This document shows, piece by piece, positions 63,788-64,000 of a stretch of DNA of 64,000 nt. The position numbers and the translations under genes are program-made. The notes below the pieces were generated by a model that was not told the DNA's origin, ran no database searches, and saw only the letters and a program-made list of their open reading frames with translations. Positions within the stretch are counted from its first letter, which is position 1. Each line of letters starts with the position of its first letter. Origin of the DNA: Amoebidium appalachense (Eukaryota; Protista; Ichthyosporea); NCBI GenBank assembly GCA_963693365.1, contig CAVNZM010000007.1, positions 9,793,962 through 9,857,961 on the forward strand, in the 5' to 3' direction.

Positions 63788-64000
63788 TTACTTGCCCACA
63801 ACCTTCATAGCCAACTCAAGCACCTCCTCACACCCCGCTGTACTCTCTAGCCACTCCACAGGGATACCATTAACCCCTGCCCGTGCACCCAAACATGCCC
63901 CAATCAAGTTTGCACGTGAGCAGTTGCACCCCCCCGCACGGATATTCTGCCTCACCGCCTCCACAAAATCGCCACCAGCAGCAAGAACACGCACGGCACT
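63788..64000 (-). CDS. C-terminus of an ADP-ribosylglycohydrolase-fold protein, J1-crystallin/selenoprotein J-like (5'-partial)
   Basis: FVEAVRQNIRAGGCNCSRANLIGACLGARAGVNGIPVEWL. The GGCNCSR motif replaces the GGDTDT of canonical ARH enzymes, as recalled for J1-crystallin/SelJ. The frame runs off the window edge. Confidence 0.75.
   Translation of the reverse strand, partial: SAVRVLAAGGDFVEAVRQNIRAGGCNCSRANLIGACLGARAGVNGIPVEWLESTAGCEEVLELAMKVVGK

Overview
Eukaryotic, intron-rich genomic DNA with GT-AG introns, short CTRAC-type branch points and very abundant poly-C/poly-G and (CA)n tracts. Most ORF-track entries are translations of these simple repeats. The gene set suggests a unicellular relative of animals such as an ichthyosporean; this is an inference with no database check. 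Genes were reconstructed by hand with splice-phase checks: a MINDY3-like deubiquitinase (5'-partial, +), a coiled-coil/RING protein (-), a SUGCT-like family III CoA-transferase (+), an HDAC8-like deacetylase with a single coding exon (-), a 23-exon ~1176-aa TFIIB-like gene (+), a patatin-like phospholipase (-), a PCTAIRE-type CDK (-), a frameshifted APH-like phosphotransferase pseudogene (+), and the 3' end of a J1-crystallin/SelJ-like gene (-). The four most interesting signals are: (1) a TFIIB paralogue that lacks the zinc ribbon and carries a ~690-aa P/Q/G/M/Y low-complexity tail; (2) a ~150-180 bp dispersed element with about 15 copies, a fixed 3' end running into poly-C, variable 5' truncation and short GGGGTCGAA...TTCAACCCC inverted termini, nearly always sense to the host intron; (3) an intronic H/ACA scaRNA-like fold whose pocket is complementary to the U2 branch-point recognition region; (4) a 3.4-kb 25-bp E-box satellite filling the last intron of the TFIIB-like gene. 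Family assignments rest on recalled motifs, not searches.
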